This document shows positions 42,358 to 52,786 of a stretch of 64,000 bases of DNA, in pieces. This DNA is from an uncultured Spirochaetota bacterium (GTDB lineage Bacteria > Spirochaetota > Brevinematia > Brevinematales > JAOACQ01), in assembly GCA_963783575.1 (NCBI GenBank), contig CAWAOD010000016.1, forward strand, positions 192,001 to 256,000. The letters are read 5' to 3'. Position numbers and translations under genes: made by a program. How positions within the stretch are numbered: position 1 is the first letter of the stretch; every line of letters starts with the position of its first letter. The notes under the pieces were generated by a model. That model did not search any database. It was given only the letters and a program-made list of their open reading frames with translations, and had not been told where the DNA came from.

Positions 42358-43851
42358 ATGAAATTAAAAAACATCCTGAGTGGAATAGATACGGTTCTTT
42401 ATATTGAACAGCTTCCTGATGTAGACATTCAGGACATTGATAACGATTCCAGAAACATGGGTAAAAATTCTTTATTTATTGCCGCTTCCGGTTATATTGA
42501 AGACGCTCATCCTTATGTGGTTTCGGCATATAAAAAGGGATGCCGCTACTTTGTTATCGATATTCAAAAATTCGACAGTTTCAGGGATAAATATAAAGGC
42601 GCTTTTTTCATACCGGTCAAACACTTAAATGACGCCCTGTTCAGAATTTCAAAAAACTTCTTTCAGGATCCTTCGTCAAAAATGAAGCTCATCGGTATTA
42701 CCGGTACAAGCGGGAAAACCACGACCGCATTTTCGGTTTATAAAACCCTGCGAATGATGGGAATAAAGGCCGGACTTGTTGGTACTATAGAATACCGGAT
42801 TAACGACCAGGTGATACCCGCGACAAATACAACGCCGGATGTTTTATTCCTGAACCGGTTGATGTTACAGATGGTTGATCAGGGTGTAAAATATATGGTG
42901 ATGGAGGTTTCATCACATTCCCTGGCGCTTGGAAGGGTTGCCGGGCTGAATTTTGATATCTCGGCTTTCACAAGTTTTTCACAGGATCATCTGGACTTTC
43001 ACAATACAATGGAGGAATACCTTCTTGCCAAGTTAGAAATATTCGATTTATTAAGCGAATCAAATAAAGAAAAAAAAGTTGCACTGGTAAACCGTGAAAT
43101 CGATCATTATAAAGAAATTAAAAATTATGCGCTCGATCTTCCATTTATTGAATTTAAAACATATTCTCTTGAAAACGAAAACAGCGATTATTACGCCAAA
43201 ACTCTTGAAATGAACGCCGTTCATTCAACTTTTAAGCTTTTCAATAATCCGATCCGCATATCGATGATTGGTATAACAAATGTTTATAATTTTACCCTGG
43301 TTTCCGCACTTTTGATAGAGCTTGGATTCTCCATCGATCAATTCGGCAATATCCTGAAGGATATATGTGTTCCCGGAAGGATGGAATACGTTCCGAACAA
43401 CAGGGAGATTTCAGTTCTAATCGATTATGCCCATAAGCCTGACGCCCTTGAAAAGCTTTTAATTACGCTAAAAGAAGTTGTAAATAATGAAGGCAGGATA
43501 ATAACTGTTTTCGGAGCCGGCGGAGACAGGGACAAATCTAAAAGATCAATCATGGGAAGAATTGCCGGAAAATATTCTGATAAGGTAATAATAACATCCG
43601 ATAATCCCAGGACGGAAGATCCTTATGGCATAATAAGAGAAATTGAAGACGGTTTAAAAGAATCGGATATGAAGGATTATACTGTTGAAGAAAACCGTGC
43701 AAAAGCCATACGCCTTGCTTTATCCGGTGCGAAAAAGAACGACATCGTTGTAATTGCAGGTAAAGGTCATGAAGATTACCAGATAATAAACAAAACGAAA
43801 ATACATTTCAGCGATCGTGAAGAAGTGGAAAAGTTTTTCAAACAATTTTAG
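42358..43851 (+). CDS. murE: UDP-N-acetylmuramoyl-tripeptide synthetase
   Basis: GITGTSGKTT, MEVSSH, QDHLDFH, DYAH.PD, DNPR, AGKGHE. Confidence 0.95.
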   Translation: MKLKNILSGIDTVLYIEQLPDVDIQDIDNDSRNMGKNSLFIAASGYIEDAHPYVVSAYKKGCRYFVIDIQKFDSFRDKYKGAFFIPVKHLNDALFRISKNFFQDPSSKMKLIGITGTSGKTTTAFSVYKTLRMMGIKAGLVGTIEYRINDQVIPATNTTPDVLFLNRLMLQMVDQGVKYMVMEVSSHSLALGRVAGLNFDISAFTSFSQDHLDFHNTMEEYLLAKLEIFDLLSESNKEKKVALVNREIDHYKEIKNYALDLPFIEFKTYSLENENSDYYAKTLEMNAVHSTFKLFNNPIRISMIGITNVYNFTLVSALLIELGFSIDQFGNILKDICVPGRMEYVPNNREISVLIDYAHKPDALEKLLITLKEVVNNEGRIITVFGAGGDRDKSKRSIMGRIAGKYSDKVIITSDNPRTEDPYGIIREIEDGLKESDMKDYTVEENRAKAIRLALSGAKKNDIVVIAGKGHEDYQIINKTKIHFSDREEVEKFFKQF

Positions 43852-43865
43852 TGTGGTTATTATAA

Positions 43866-44222
43866 ATGCATAACACTTTTTCAGGAACAGCATTAAACAA
43901 TCTCAAAGATTCCATAGCTTACAGCATATGGTTTACGGATTTGCTGATCGATGAAATAAAACCTGAAATGGCTGGAGAATCACTGATTCAGATTATAAGG
44001 GACATATATCTTTTACAAAAGAAAAAATACCTTCACACCGGAATATGTGAAGGATTGGCTGAAATCCAATTGAATCTTACAGAAAATGAGTTGTGTTTAT
44101 TGAATAAAATTGAAAAGTCAATGAGAAAGGAAGAAGAATATTTTGAGACTGTAAAATCCCTGAATTTGCCGGATTTGAAGTCTATCCTGTATAAATTAAA
44201 AAATATATTGCCGAAAGTGTAA
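43866..44222 (+). CDS. hypothetical protein
   Basis: 118-aa ORF directly after murE. Confidence 0.55.
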   Translation: MHNTFSGTALNNLKDSIAYSIWFTDLLIDEIKPEMAGESLIQIIRDIYLLQKKKYLHTGICEGLAEIQLNLTENELCLLNKIEKSMRKEEEYFETVKSLNLPDLKSILYKLKNILPKV

Positions 44223-44414
44223 AATATTTTGAAAATAAATAAAAATATATTTACATTTTTTATAAACTGTTTTATAATATGTAAGACCTAAATTATTATG
44301 GTTAAAAGCTGTGTAAAGCTTATCCTCTGATCCCCTTGAAAAAGGACGTCAGGGGGGTAAGAAGAAAGCAGGCTATTTTCTGTAGTAAAAGGTAAATAGA
44401 GAGGAGTAACGTAT

Positions 44415-44702
44415 ATGTTCCAAGACAAAACCCTAGTATGCCGCGATTGCGGTAAAGATTTCGTTTTCAGTGTATCAGAACAGGAGTTCTATGCTGAGAA
44501 AGGATTCCAGAATGATCCGGTTAGATGCCCGGACTGCAGAAAAGCTAAAAAAGCTAATAGCCGTGGAGGCTATGGAAGACAGGAGAGACAAATGTTCGAT
44601 GTAACTTGTTCTTCTTGCGGCCAGCCTACTCAAGTGCCATTCAAACCCAGCAATGACAGACCTGTTTATTGCAGGGATTGCTATACAAAAAGCCGAATGT
44701 AA
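44415..44702 (+). CDS. zinc-ribbon / CxxC-x17-CxxC domain protein
   Basis: CRDCG..F.F...EQEFY..KGF.N.P.RCPDCR; CSSCG...VPFKP...PVYCRDC. Confidence 0.9.
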   Translation: MFQDKTLVCRDCGKDFVFSVSEQEFYAEKGFQNDPVRCPDCRKAKKANSRGGYGRQERQMFDVTCSSCGQPTQVPFKPSNDRPVYCRDCYTKSRM

Positions 44703-44718
44703 ATCTCTGGTCATATCC

Positions 44719-44757
44719 AAAACGCTCCTGAAGTTAAACTTCAGGAGCGTTTTTTTA
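44719..44757. terminator. bidirectional intrinsic terminator
   Basis: AAAACGCTCCTGAAGTT-A-AACTTCAGGAGCGTTTTTTT between convergent genes. Confidence 0.85.
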
Positions 44758-45819
44758 TGGAATTTTTATTACAACACTCGTAAAACAGATATAACAAATC
44801 AGCAAAACAAGGCCTGAAATTAAAAAAGGCATAAAATTCTCTTTATACAATACCCTCCGCTTAATCTCTATCTTAGATTTTTCCAGCTTATCAATGTCAT
44901 CATAAACTTTGCCAAGTGAAGACGGGTCATATGCCCGGTAAAATTTACCGCCGGTTATATCAGCGATAGATTCCAGCGTCTTTTCATCCATGCCTTCCCC
45001 AACCTGAAGGACATATTCATTAAATTCCAGGCTCGCGGGCTGAAGATAGAATTCGGGATTACCCAATCCGATGGTATAGATGCGGATTTTCAAATCACGG
45101 GCTATATTCGCGGCGGAAATTGGATCTATCATCCCGCTGTTATTATTTCCATCGGTTAGTAAGATAATCACTTTGCTTTTTGATTCGGATTGCCTGAGCC
45201 TGTTGATGGAGGTAGCTATGCCCATGCCGATTGCCGTTGAGTCATTTTCCGGATTGTACTGAATACTATCAATGATCTGCCCAAGCATGTTTTTATCCAG
45301 AGTAAGGGGGCATTTGGTATAGCTGTACCCGGCAAAAACAACCACGCCGATCCGGTTAAAAGTCTGCTTGTTTACATATTGAGTAATTACATCTTTTGCG
45401 GAGTTTATGCGGTCATATTTTATAAGTTTATGTGCCTGATCATAGTATACCCGCTGGCCCATAATATCTTTATACGGCGTTTTTGAAGGAAGAGTATCCA
45501 CATCCATCATACTTCCGGAAACGTCGATGGCAAGAATAATGTCTATGCCGTAATATTTTTCATTATTGATTGACTGCCCGCCCAGAGGCCTTGCCAGGGC
45601 AATCGTGAAAAAAACCAGGGCGGCAGAGATTATTATATCGGAGACCGGGTGGAATATTCCGGAAAGAAAGGAATTTTTCTTTGAAAAAATATCCGTAGTT
45701 GAAAATAACAACGAGGGGTTCAGCATCATTTTAATTTTTCCAAAGCCTTTATATTTTAAAAAAAGATATATTACAGGTACTATTAAAAATAAAAGAAAAT
45801 AGGGACTTGCAAATTTCAT
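44755..45819 (-). CDS. BatA-like VWA domain protein
   Basis: IALARP, DVSGSM MIDAS, TAIG, LLTDG, TGGKFYRA. Confidence 0.88.
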   Translation of the reverse strand: MKFASPYFLLFLIVPVIYLFLKYKGFGKIKMMLNPSLLFSTTDIFSKKNSFLSGIFHPVSDIIISAALVFFTIALARPLGGQSINNEKYYGIDIILAIDVSGSMMDVDTLPSKTPYKDIMGQRVYYDQAHKLIKYDRINSAKDVITQYVNKQTFNRIGVVVFAGYSYTKCPLTLDKNMLGQIIDSIQYNPENDSTAIGMGIATSINRLRQSESKSKVIILLTDGNNNSGMIDPISAANIARDLKIRIYTIGLGNPEFYLQPASLEFNEYVLQVGEGMDEKTLESIADITGGKFYRAYDPSSLGKVYDDIDKLEKSKIEIKRRVLYKENFMPFLISGLVLLICYICFTSVVIKIP

Positions 45820-46751
45820 TTCTTTTCTCCTTCTGCATCTTCAGACCCTACCGGTATGGAAAATATTCCACGCGTCAAATTAACAAAATCAAAACTTTCC
45901 TCAATAGCGGTGTGTTTATGCTCGTTCTCAGGCAAGAATTTAGCGTATTTTACACGGTCACACATTCTAAAAATATGAAAAACGATTTCACATAATTCCG
46001 ACAATGATGCATTTGATTTCAACAGATTTTTAAATTCTCCCATTATTTCTGAAGTCGACATTTCCAGCGCGTTTATTTTAAAAATTCTTTCAATAAAACG
46101 CCTTATAGTTTCAGATATTTCAACAAATATCTCTTTTGAATTATTTTCATCCAGATTAATATCTTTTATCCTGTTTAAACTTGTTATTGCATCATCATAT
46201 GGATCAGTCTTTTCATTGATTTGGTCCTTCATTGCATAATTTTTCCTTTTTAATAATCTGAATATCACAAAACTTATTAAAGATATTATGAGTGCAGCAG
46301 CTATAATGACATAAAGAAGAAAATAATCCCGGATGGCAAAAATATCTTCAATAGGGGCCTTGTTAGTAATATTAACTGCAAGAGGATTTTGAACAACCGG
46401 GTATTCAGGCGTCAGGAATTCATTTGTTTTATTTTCCCTGACGGTCGTGACTCTTATCCCTGGTATGATAAAATTAGATAATTCAAGACTTTTGATTTTA
46501 ACACTAAAAGAATTGTTTGAAATATCTTCTAAAGATATCAATAGCGAGGTTTGAGCAAAATCATAATTTGTCGTTATAACATTCAGTATTTTTTCATTAT
46601 CGGGAAAAGTATAAACCCCTCTGAATTCCTTTAAAAACCTGACCTGATTTGTTTCCAGTAATATCTTTATATCTTTTCTGACTGTCTGTCCATAGAAAAA
46701 TGTAACGGAAAAGATAAACATCAGTATTGCCGAATAAATTATTTGTCTCAT
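45816..46751 (-). CDS. Bat-operon associated membrane protein
   Basis: signal + TM; ALEMSTSE and DRVKYAK motifs typical of the gene preceding batA. Confidence 0.65.
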   Translation of the reverse strand: MRQIIYSAILMFIFSVTFFYGQTVRKDIKILLETNQVRFLKEFRGVYTFPDNEKILNVITTNYDFAQTSLLISLEDISNNSFSVKIKSLELSNFIIPGIRVTTVRENKTNEFLTPEYPVVQNPLAVNITNKAPIEDIFAIRDYFLLYVIIAAALIISLISFVIFRLLKRKNYAMKDQINEKTDPYDDAITSLNRIKDINLDENNSKEIFVEISETIRRFIERIFKINALEMSTSEIMGEFKNLLKSNASLSELCEIVFHIFRMCDRVKYAKFLPENEHKHTAIEESFDFVNLTRGIFSIPVGSEDAEGEKK

Positions 46752-46856
46752 TTAAGCTTAATAACCTCTTTTTAATATTTAATTTGGTAAACTACCCTCT
46801 TTATCAAGGAGGGGAATTATTTTTTATCATTGGATTTTATTATATGTCTTAATTAT

Positions 46857-49043
46857 TTATTTTTTTGCGTATTCGATCCGTTTATGATAGTATCCCGACA
46901 GAAACTTAAAGAATTCTTCAGCTACAATTCTCAAGTCATAAAGAGTTATATCACAGTTGTCGAATTGTCCCTTTTCCATTCTCTTTTTTATAATATCATC
47001 AATTATGTCTTCAATAATATTCGTGGTAAATCTTTCATTATTTTGTGAATATGCCCTGACCGAAGCCTCAATACCGTCGGCAAGCATCAGTATAGCGGTG
47101 CCTTTTGTATGCGGTTTGGGACCCTGGTATTCATAATCCTCAATGTTAACATTCTCATCACCGAAAAGCCCAAGCGCCTGGTGATAAAAATAAGATATCG
47201 CAGTTGTCCCATGATGTTCTTTTATATAATCTATTACTTCATCCGGCAGCCTGTATTTTTTAGCCAGTTCAATGCCTGACTTAACGTGGGATTTGATAAC
47301 GGAGACGGACATTGAGACCTTTATTTCATCATGCCTGTTGTCTCCTTCCTGATTTTCAATAAAATATTGGGGAATTTCAATCTTACCAATATCATGGTAA
47401 TATCCGCCGGCTTTCGCAAGCAGTGAGTCAATGCCGAGTTTTTCAGCCGCAGCCTCGCACATATCGCCAAGTAGAAGCGAATGGTTATATGTACCGGGGG
47501 CTTCAATTTTCAGTTTCTTTAAGAGAGGGCTTGTTGTAGGATTTGTTAATTCTATAAGCCTGAACCTTGTCGGTATATTGAAAATATTTTCCAGGAGAGG
47601 CATTATTCCCGAGCTTATAATTGCGCTGATCAACCCGTTTCCGAATGAAAATAAAATAATGATGATCCATTCATACAAACCCATTTGTGAGATGCCAAAG
47701 TGCCTAACTTCACTGTTGAATATAAAATAAATAACTGAAAATACACATTCGATCAAACCTATAATCAGGGCAATGACAAAGAAATCATTCCTTTTTTTCA
47801 GAAGCTGCGATGTATAAATGGCGGAAAATGAGATAATAACAAGGTTTAAATACGTAATAAAGTCAAATGAGGGGTAAAACAATAAAAAAAATGAATATGA
47901 TATCATAAGAATAATGGCTACTCTTGTGTTATTCAGCAGAACCGGGAGCGATATGGATACAATGGCGAAAGGTATGGCCAGGAAATAAGGAATAAAGGGA
48001 ATTTCACTGTAGATATATATGGAATAATAAATGGCATTTACAAATATAAACCCAAGCATCGCCATATATAAATTGTAGTTTTTTGAAAACGTATCGCTTT
48101 CATATTTATAAAAACGGTAGATCAGGAACAGGTATAAAATCAGTGATAATAAATAATATATCCATAGTTTGGTTTTTAAATCATTTGTTTTATATTCAGT
48201 ATAAGCGATTATCTTTGCGTAGTTTTCCTCTGTAACCGTTTCTCCCCTATGAATTAGAAATTCACCGGCGTTAATCACCCTGTTGTCTTTAAGTTCCTGA
48301 ACTTCCAGTTGAATCATTTCATTCCTGATCTTAGGATCCCTGATTGCAAAAGGACGGGCAACATTAATAAAGATTTCAGAAAGCGAAGCTTTTAAAAGCG
48401 GTTCCATACCCGGGTAAATTCTATTCATATAGGATAGAACAAATTGTATATCAAGAGGATATACAATGGTTTTGTCGATCTGTACTTTTTCTATACCGGT
48501 TTTTTTTACTATTTCATAGTAATTGATACCTTGTATCGGACCCAATTCATCAATAATCGTATACTGGGAGGATATGATCTGGTAAATATATATCAGACGG
48601 TTTATGTATTTACTAATGAATTTTCTGTTTTTTAAAAGGTAATTATAGGTTTCCAGAGTAAACTGAAACTCTTTTTGATTAAAATCAAGTATAAGATTGT
48701 TTTCATCTTCAAGCAGGATATCTGAAAAATGCCTTAAATCATTATTGTAAATTTCCTCATGATTTTCGATAAAACTATAGTATTGCGGATTATTCGATTC
48801 GATCGATCTTACTAATTTTTCCAGTTCGAATTTATCGGAATAAAGAAAAGTGTATTCGGAACGTATCGTGCCTTTGGATATGCTGCCGATTTGATAATGC
48901 TTTATATCCGGTATAAGATGGCTTATTGTTATAAAAACAACAACCAGCAGGTATGTAAGGACAAATAACAATACCTGCCTGTAATTATGTGATTTGAGCC
49001 ATTCAAGTATCCGTCCGGCTATCTGGCTGTAATTTCTTTCCAT
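46857..49043 (-). CDS. 7TM-HD phosphohydrolase (PgpH-like)
   Basis: extracellular domain, 7 TM, APGTYNHS, YYHDIGK, EHHGT, MLAD. Confidence 0.88.
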   Translation of the reverse strand: MERNYSQIAGRILEWLKSHNYRQVLLFVLTYLLVVVFITISHLIPDIKHYQIGSISKGTIRSEYTFLYSDKFELEKLVRSIESNNPQYYSFIENHEEIYNNDLRHFSDILLEDENNLILDFNQKEFQFTLETYNYLLKNRKFISKYINRLIYIYQIISSQYTIIDELGPIQGINYYEIVKKTGIEKVQIDKTIVYPLDIQFVLSYMNRIYPGMEPLLKASLSEIFINVARPFAIRDPKIRNEMIQLEVQELKDNRVINAGEFLIHRGETVTEENYAKIIAYTEYKTNDLKTKLWIYYLLSLILYLFLIYRFYKYESDTFSKNYNLYMAMLGFIFVNAIYYSIYIYSEIPFIPYFLAIPFAIVSISLPVLLNNTRVAIILMISYSFFLLFYPSFDFITYLNLVIISFSAIYTSQLLKKRNDFFVIALIIGLIECVFSVIYFIFNSEVRHFGISQMGLYEWIIIILFSFGNGLISAIISSGIMPLLENIFNIPTRFRLIELTNPTTSPLLKKLKIEAPGTYNHSLLLGDMCEAAAEKLGIDSLLAKAGGYYHDIGKIEIPQYFIENQEGDNRHDEIKVSMSVSVIKSHVKSGIELAKKYRLPDEVIDYIKEHHGTTAISYFYHQALGLFGDENVNIEDYEYQGPKPHTKGTAILMLADGIEASVRAYSQNNERFTTNIIEDIIDDIIKKRMEKGQFDNCDITLYDLRIVAEEFFKFLSGYYHKRIEYAKK

Positions 49044-49993
49044 GACTCATTCTCTCTCTTTTCATAGATTTCAACAATTTCTTTAACCAGCCCATGCCGG
49101 ACAATATCAGATTGTTCAAAATAACTGAATTTTATTCCCTCTACTTCCTGGAACAATTCTACAGCCTGTTTTAGACCGGATTCCCTGCCATAAGGCAGAT
49201 CAATCTGCGTAATGTCGCCTGTAACCGCCATTTTGGAATTTTCTCCCAGCCTTGTCAGGAACATTTTCATCTGCATTGTTGTAGTATTTTGGCCTTCATC
49301 AAGAATGACAAAAGCGTTGGAAAGAGTTCTTCCCCTCATATAAGCAAGCGGGGCAAGCTCTATTATCTGATCTTCCATCAATGATTTCAATTCATCGGGG
49401 GACAGCATTTCATTAATCGCATCAAAAAGAGGACGCAGATACGGATCGATTTTTTCTTCCAGGGTGCCGGGAAGGAAACCGAGATTTTCACCCGCTTCAA
49501 TCACAGGCCTTGTTAAAATAACCCGTTTAACTCTTCCAATATAAAGAAGGTGTAATGCAAGACCGACCGCAAGGTATGTTTTTCCTGTTCCGGCCGGCCC
49601 AACAGCAAAAACAAGATCATAATTAAGCATCTGCCTGATATATTCTGATTGACGAAGACTTCTGGGTTTAAGCCTTCCCCCTTTTTTTGAAAGGATTAGG
49701 CCTTCTGAAATAAGTTTTTGATTACTGTAATTACCGTATTTATTTCCTTCTTCAATCATTATTTTTATTTCATTATGCGATACCGGCTGTCCTTTTCCGG
49801 TAAGAAGGCTTATATTATGCAGGACATTGCCCGCTTTTGTAACAGTTTCTTCCTCACCTTCGATAACTACCGATTCATTGGAAGGATATATTTTAACATT
49901 CAGAATTCTTTCTATCAGCCTCAGGTTCGCATCATGTACCCCGTATACAATAACAGGATCAGTACTTGAAGGAATGGGGATTTTTACCTTCAT
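49019..49993 (-). CDS. phoH: PhoH family ATPase
   Basis: GPAGTGKT, LGFLPG, PLAYMRGRT, DEGQN, GDITQIDLP. Confidence 0.95.
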   Translation of the reverse strand: MKVKIPIPSSTDPVIVYGVHDANLRLIERILNVKIYPSNESVVIEGEEETVTKAGNVLHNISLLTGKGQPVSHNEIKIMIEEGNKYGNYSNQKLISEGLILSKKGGRLKPRSLRQSEYIRQMLNYDLVFAVGPAGTGKTYLAVGLALHLLYIGRVKRVILTRPVIEAGENLGFLPGTLEEKIDPYLRPLFDAINEMLSPDELKSLMEDQIIELAPLAYMRGRTLSNAFVILDEGQNTTTMQMKMFLTRLGENSKMAVTGDITQIDLPYGRESGLKQAVELFQEVEGIKFSYFEQSDIVRHGLVKEIVEIYEKRENESWKEITAR

Positions 49994-50058
49994 TTATTTA
50001 TTTTTACCTCCAATTATTTTTGTCTTATAAAATATATATTATAGATTTATATCTGTCA

Positions 50059-50200
50059 ATTAGTCGTTTAGTCGAAAGTCTGTTAGTCGATTTGTCAGTC
50101 AGTTAATTAGTCGGCTAATCGGTAGTTGTAAATTGACATGCGGCTATCTGATAGGCTTACTAAATGACTGGCCGACTTTCGACTAATCCAACTAGGCAAC
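50059..50200. repeat. short TAGTC/GACTA imperfect repeat with inverted arms
   Basis: TTAGTCG reiterated on the left, CGACTAA-like units on the right. Confidence 0.55.
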
Positions 50201-50310
50201 TGGTCCCGGCTAATTTAATTTTATCTGTTTCTTTATTATATAATTAAAATAATATAAAATATGATTAATGTATTTTTTAATAAATTAATTTCCAGAGTTA
50301 AGGAGCGCTT

Positions 50311-52611
50311 ATGAGTATAAGGATATCAATTTCTGTTTTATTGAGTTATCTTTTGATCTTAACGGCTGGATGCGGCAAGAATCAGGGTTCGGCACAAAAA
50401 GAAAATAATGGAATTTCATCATCCTTTATTGAGGTTAATACGTTAAATGAAAGGACTTATTTCAAAAATGGCTGGAAATATATCTTTGATGATAATAAAG
50501 CTTTTTCCGATGTTGATTTCGATGACTCAAATTGGCCTGTTACAAATTTTCCCCAGGCATCATTTGTTTTTGACAAAACTAAAAGCCAATACTGCTGGTT
50601 TAGATTTACGTTTACTGTTTCTAAAGATCTTGAAAATCAATCGATCGGATTATTCACCGGTAAACTTCCCGATGCCTGTGAGGTTTATTTTAACGGTTCC
50701 CTAATTGGCGGTTCGGGTTCTATGCAGCCGGGAAAATTGTTTAGTGCACCCAATACACCGAGGAGTTTTATACTTCCCAGTAAACTAATCAATATCGGAG
50801 GTAAAAATGTCCTTTCATATAAGATCTATATGATGCGCAGAGTAGGAGTTTTTGCCGATGTTTTTACAACCGATGATAATGACCGTGTCCAGACATATTT
50901 TACAGATTTTTTTCTGAATTCTGTCGTCAGTATGATTGCCAGTATTCTTTCCGTTTTTGTATGCATTTATTTCATACTGCTCTATGTCCGTGAACAGCAA
51001 AATAGGTTTAACCTTTTTATCTCGATTGGTTTCCCTTTAATGGCCATATATTTTTCAACCATATACATTGAGGTTTTGCCAATGCCCTATTTGTTAATGA
51101 TGAAATGCCAGTTTATTTCTCTATACTTGGGGCTATGCTTTTTTGTATTTTATTTTCAAGGTTTTTATCATATTCATGACAATAAAATTTTTAAGATTGT
51201 ACTTTTAACTTTAAATTTAATAGCAGCAATTGTTCTCTTTTTTACAAAAACCATTCAGGATTTCGAGTTTCGGAATGGAACGGTTTTTTATCTGTCTTTA
51301 ATAACCCCGATGCTGATTTATATACTTGTTATAACAATAATTGCCATAAGAAAACGAAACAAATATGCGATATATTTTTTAATCGGAATAATTCTTGTTA
51401 TTTTAGCAGGAATCCGGGACATGGCTTTTGCTATGAATAATTATCAGCCTCGTTTCTGGATGACTTCATGGGGGATGAGCGCATTTATTTTGTCTATATT
51501 CCTGACATCGGCAAACTGGTCGGTAGACAATCATATCGAATCCGATGAAAAATCTAAAAAACTGGAAAATCAAACCGGTATACTTAAAAATATTTTCCAG
51601 AACATTAAGGATATTGGCGAAAGAGTTTCGGAAACCGGAAGATTGCTTGATATAAGCATTTCAGACGCCACTGCAACAGTACAGCAGATGGTCAATTCAA
51701 ACCGGATCATTCTTGATAATATGGGAAACCAGGTTAATACGGTTGAGAAAAATAGTGAAATTATAGGACGAATTGTCAATTCATTCAACGGAATAGTTGA
51801 AGAAGTTGACAGGCAATCCAAATTTGTTGATGAAAGTTCAAAAGTTATTACAGATATTGTTACATCAATTTCTTCTGTTTACCAGATTACAGAGGAGGCT
51901 AAAAAGATTTCCGATACACTTTCAACCGAAGCCGAGGGAGGGAAAGATCTGGTCCAGCAATCCTCTATTGCTATCCATGCCATTGAAGATTCTTCAAACA
52001 GCGTAAAAGATATAGTCGCCGGCATCAAGGAAATTGCCGAGCAGACAAATATTCTTGCGATGAATGCCGCTATTCAATCGGCTCATGCGGGAGAATACGG
52101 TAAGGGATTCGCCGTAGTTGCCAATGAGGTCAGGAATCTTTCAGAGAACTCAGCCGGCAGGGCGGCTGAAATAAATGACCAGATAGATCATATGGTGGAT
52201 AAAATATCAAGCGGTGTTAAGCTGTTTGACAGGGTTAAAGAAAAGCTGGAAAATATCCTAATCGGGACAAAGGAAACAGCGCACCTTATAGGCGATATAA
52301 CAGGTGCTTCTCAGAAGCAGTATAACGGGACAAGTAAGATTCTCTCTTCAATTGATTCTCTTGTGAAAGCGACTGAAAATTTGAAAAATCAAACCCAGAG
52401 GCAACGTGAAGAAAGTGAAAAGATCAAATTATCTCTTCAGGAATTAAAATCTGTTGCCGCAAATATAGAGTCTTCTACCCGCGATCAGAATACCGGCGGC
52501 AATGAGATAGCAAGTATGATTGAAAAAATAAGACATATTTCCGGAGATAATCAGGAAATTCTTCAGAAGCTTGACGGTTTGATTAAGATTTCCGAAAAAA
52601 ATATGGCTTAA
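50311..52611 (+). CDS. methyl-accepting chemotaxis protein with sugar-binding-like and 7TM sensor region
   Basis: IAEQTNILAMNAAIQSAHAGEYGKGFAVVANEVRNL; N-terminal GWKY..DD/FDDSNW/WFR beta-sandwich; 7 TM. Confidence 0.9.
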   Translation: MSIRISISVLLSYLLILTAGCGKNQGSAQKENNGISSSFIEVNTLNERTYFKNGWKYIFDDNKAFSDVDFDDSNWPVTNFPQASFVFDKTKSQYCWFRFTFTVSKDLENQSIGLFTGKLPDACEVYFNGSLIGGSGSMQPGKLFSAPNTPRSFILPSKLINIGGKNVLSYKIYMMRRVGVFADVFTTDDNDRVQTYFTDFFLNSVVSMIASILSVFVCIYFILLYVREQQNRFNLFISIGFPLMAIYFSTIYIEVLPMPYLLMMKCQFISLYLGLCFFVFYFQGFYHIHDNKIFKIVLLTLNLIAAIVLFFTKTIQDFEFRNGTVFYLSLITPMLIYILVITIIAIRKRNKYAIYFLIGIILVILAGIRDMAFAMNNYQPRFWMTSWGMSAFILSIFLTSANWSVDNHIESDEKSKKLENQTGILKNIFQNIKDIGERVSETGRLLDISISDATATVQQMVNSNRIILDNMGNQVNTVEKNSEIIGRIVNSFNGIVEEVDRQSKFVDESSKVITDIVTSISSVYQITEEAKKISDTLSTEAEGGKDLVQQSSIAIHAIEDSSNSVKDIVAGIKEIAEQTNILAMNAAIQSAHAGEYGKGFAVVANEVRNLSENSAGRAAEINDQIDHMVDKISSGVKLFDRVKEKLENILIGTKETAHLIGDITGASQKQYNGTSKILSSIDSLVKATENLKNQTQRQREESEKIKLSLQELKSVAANIESSTRDQNTGGNEIASMIEKIRHISGDNQEILQKLDGLIKISEKNMA

Positions 52612-52786
52612 ATATATAAAATTTTATATAAAAATTTTATATGTCTCGCCTTGACTTTTAAATTACCTAAAATATAATATATGGGCAGTCTATAAACTGG
52701 AGTTGCTCTTAGTTTTTGCAAGCATAAATGTGAGAAAGAAAAAGTAAAAAATATAAGAATTGATAAATTATTCAACTGGAAAAATA

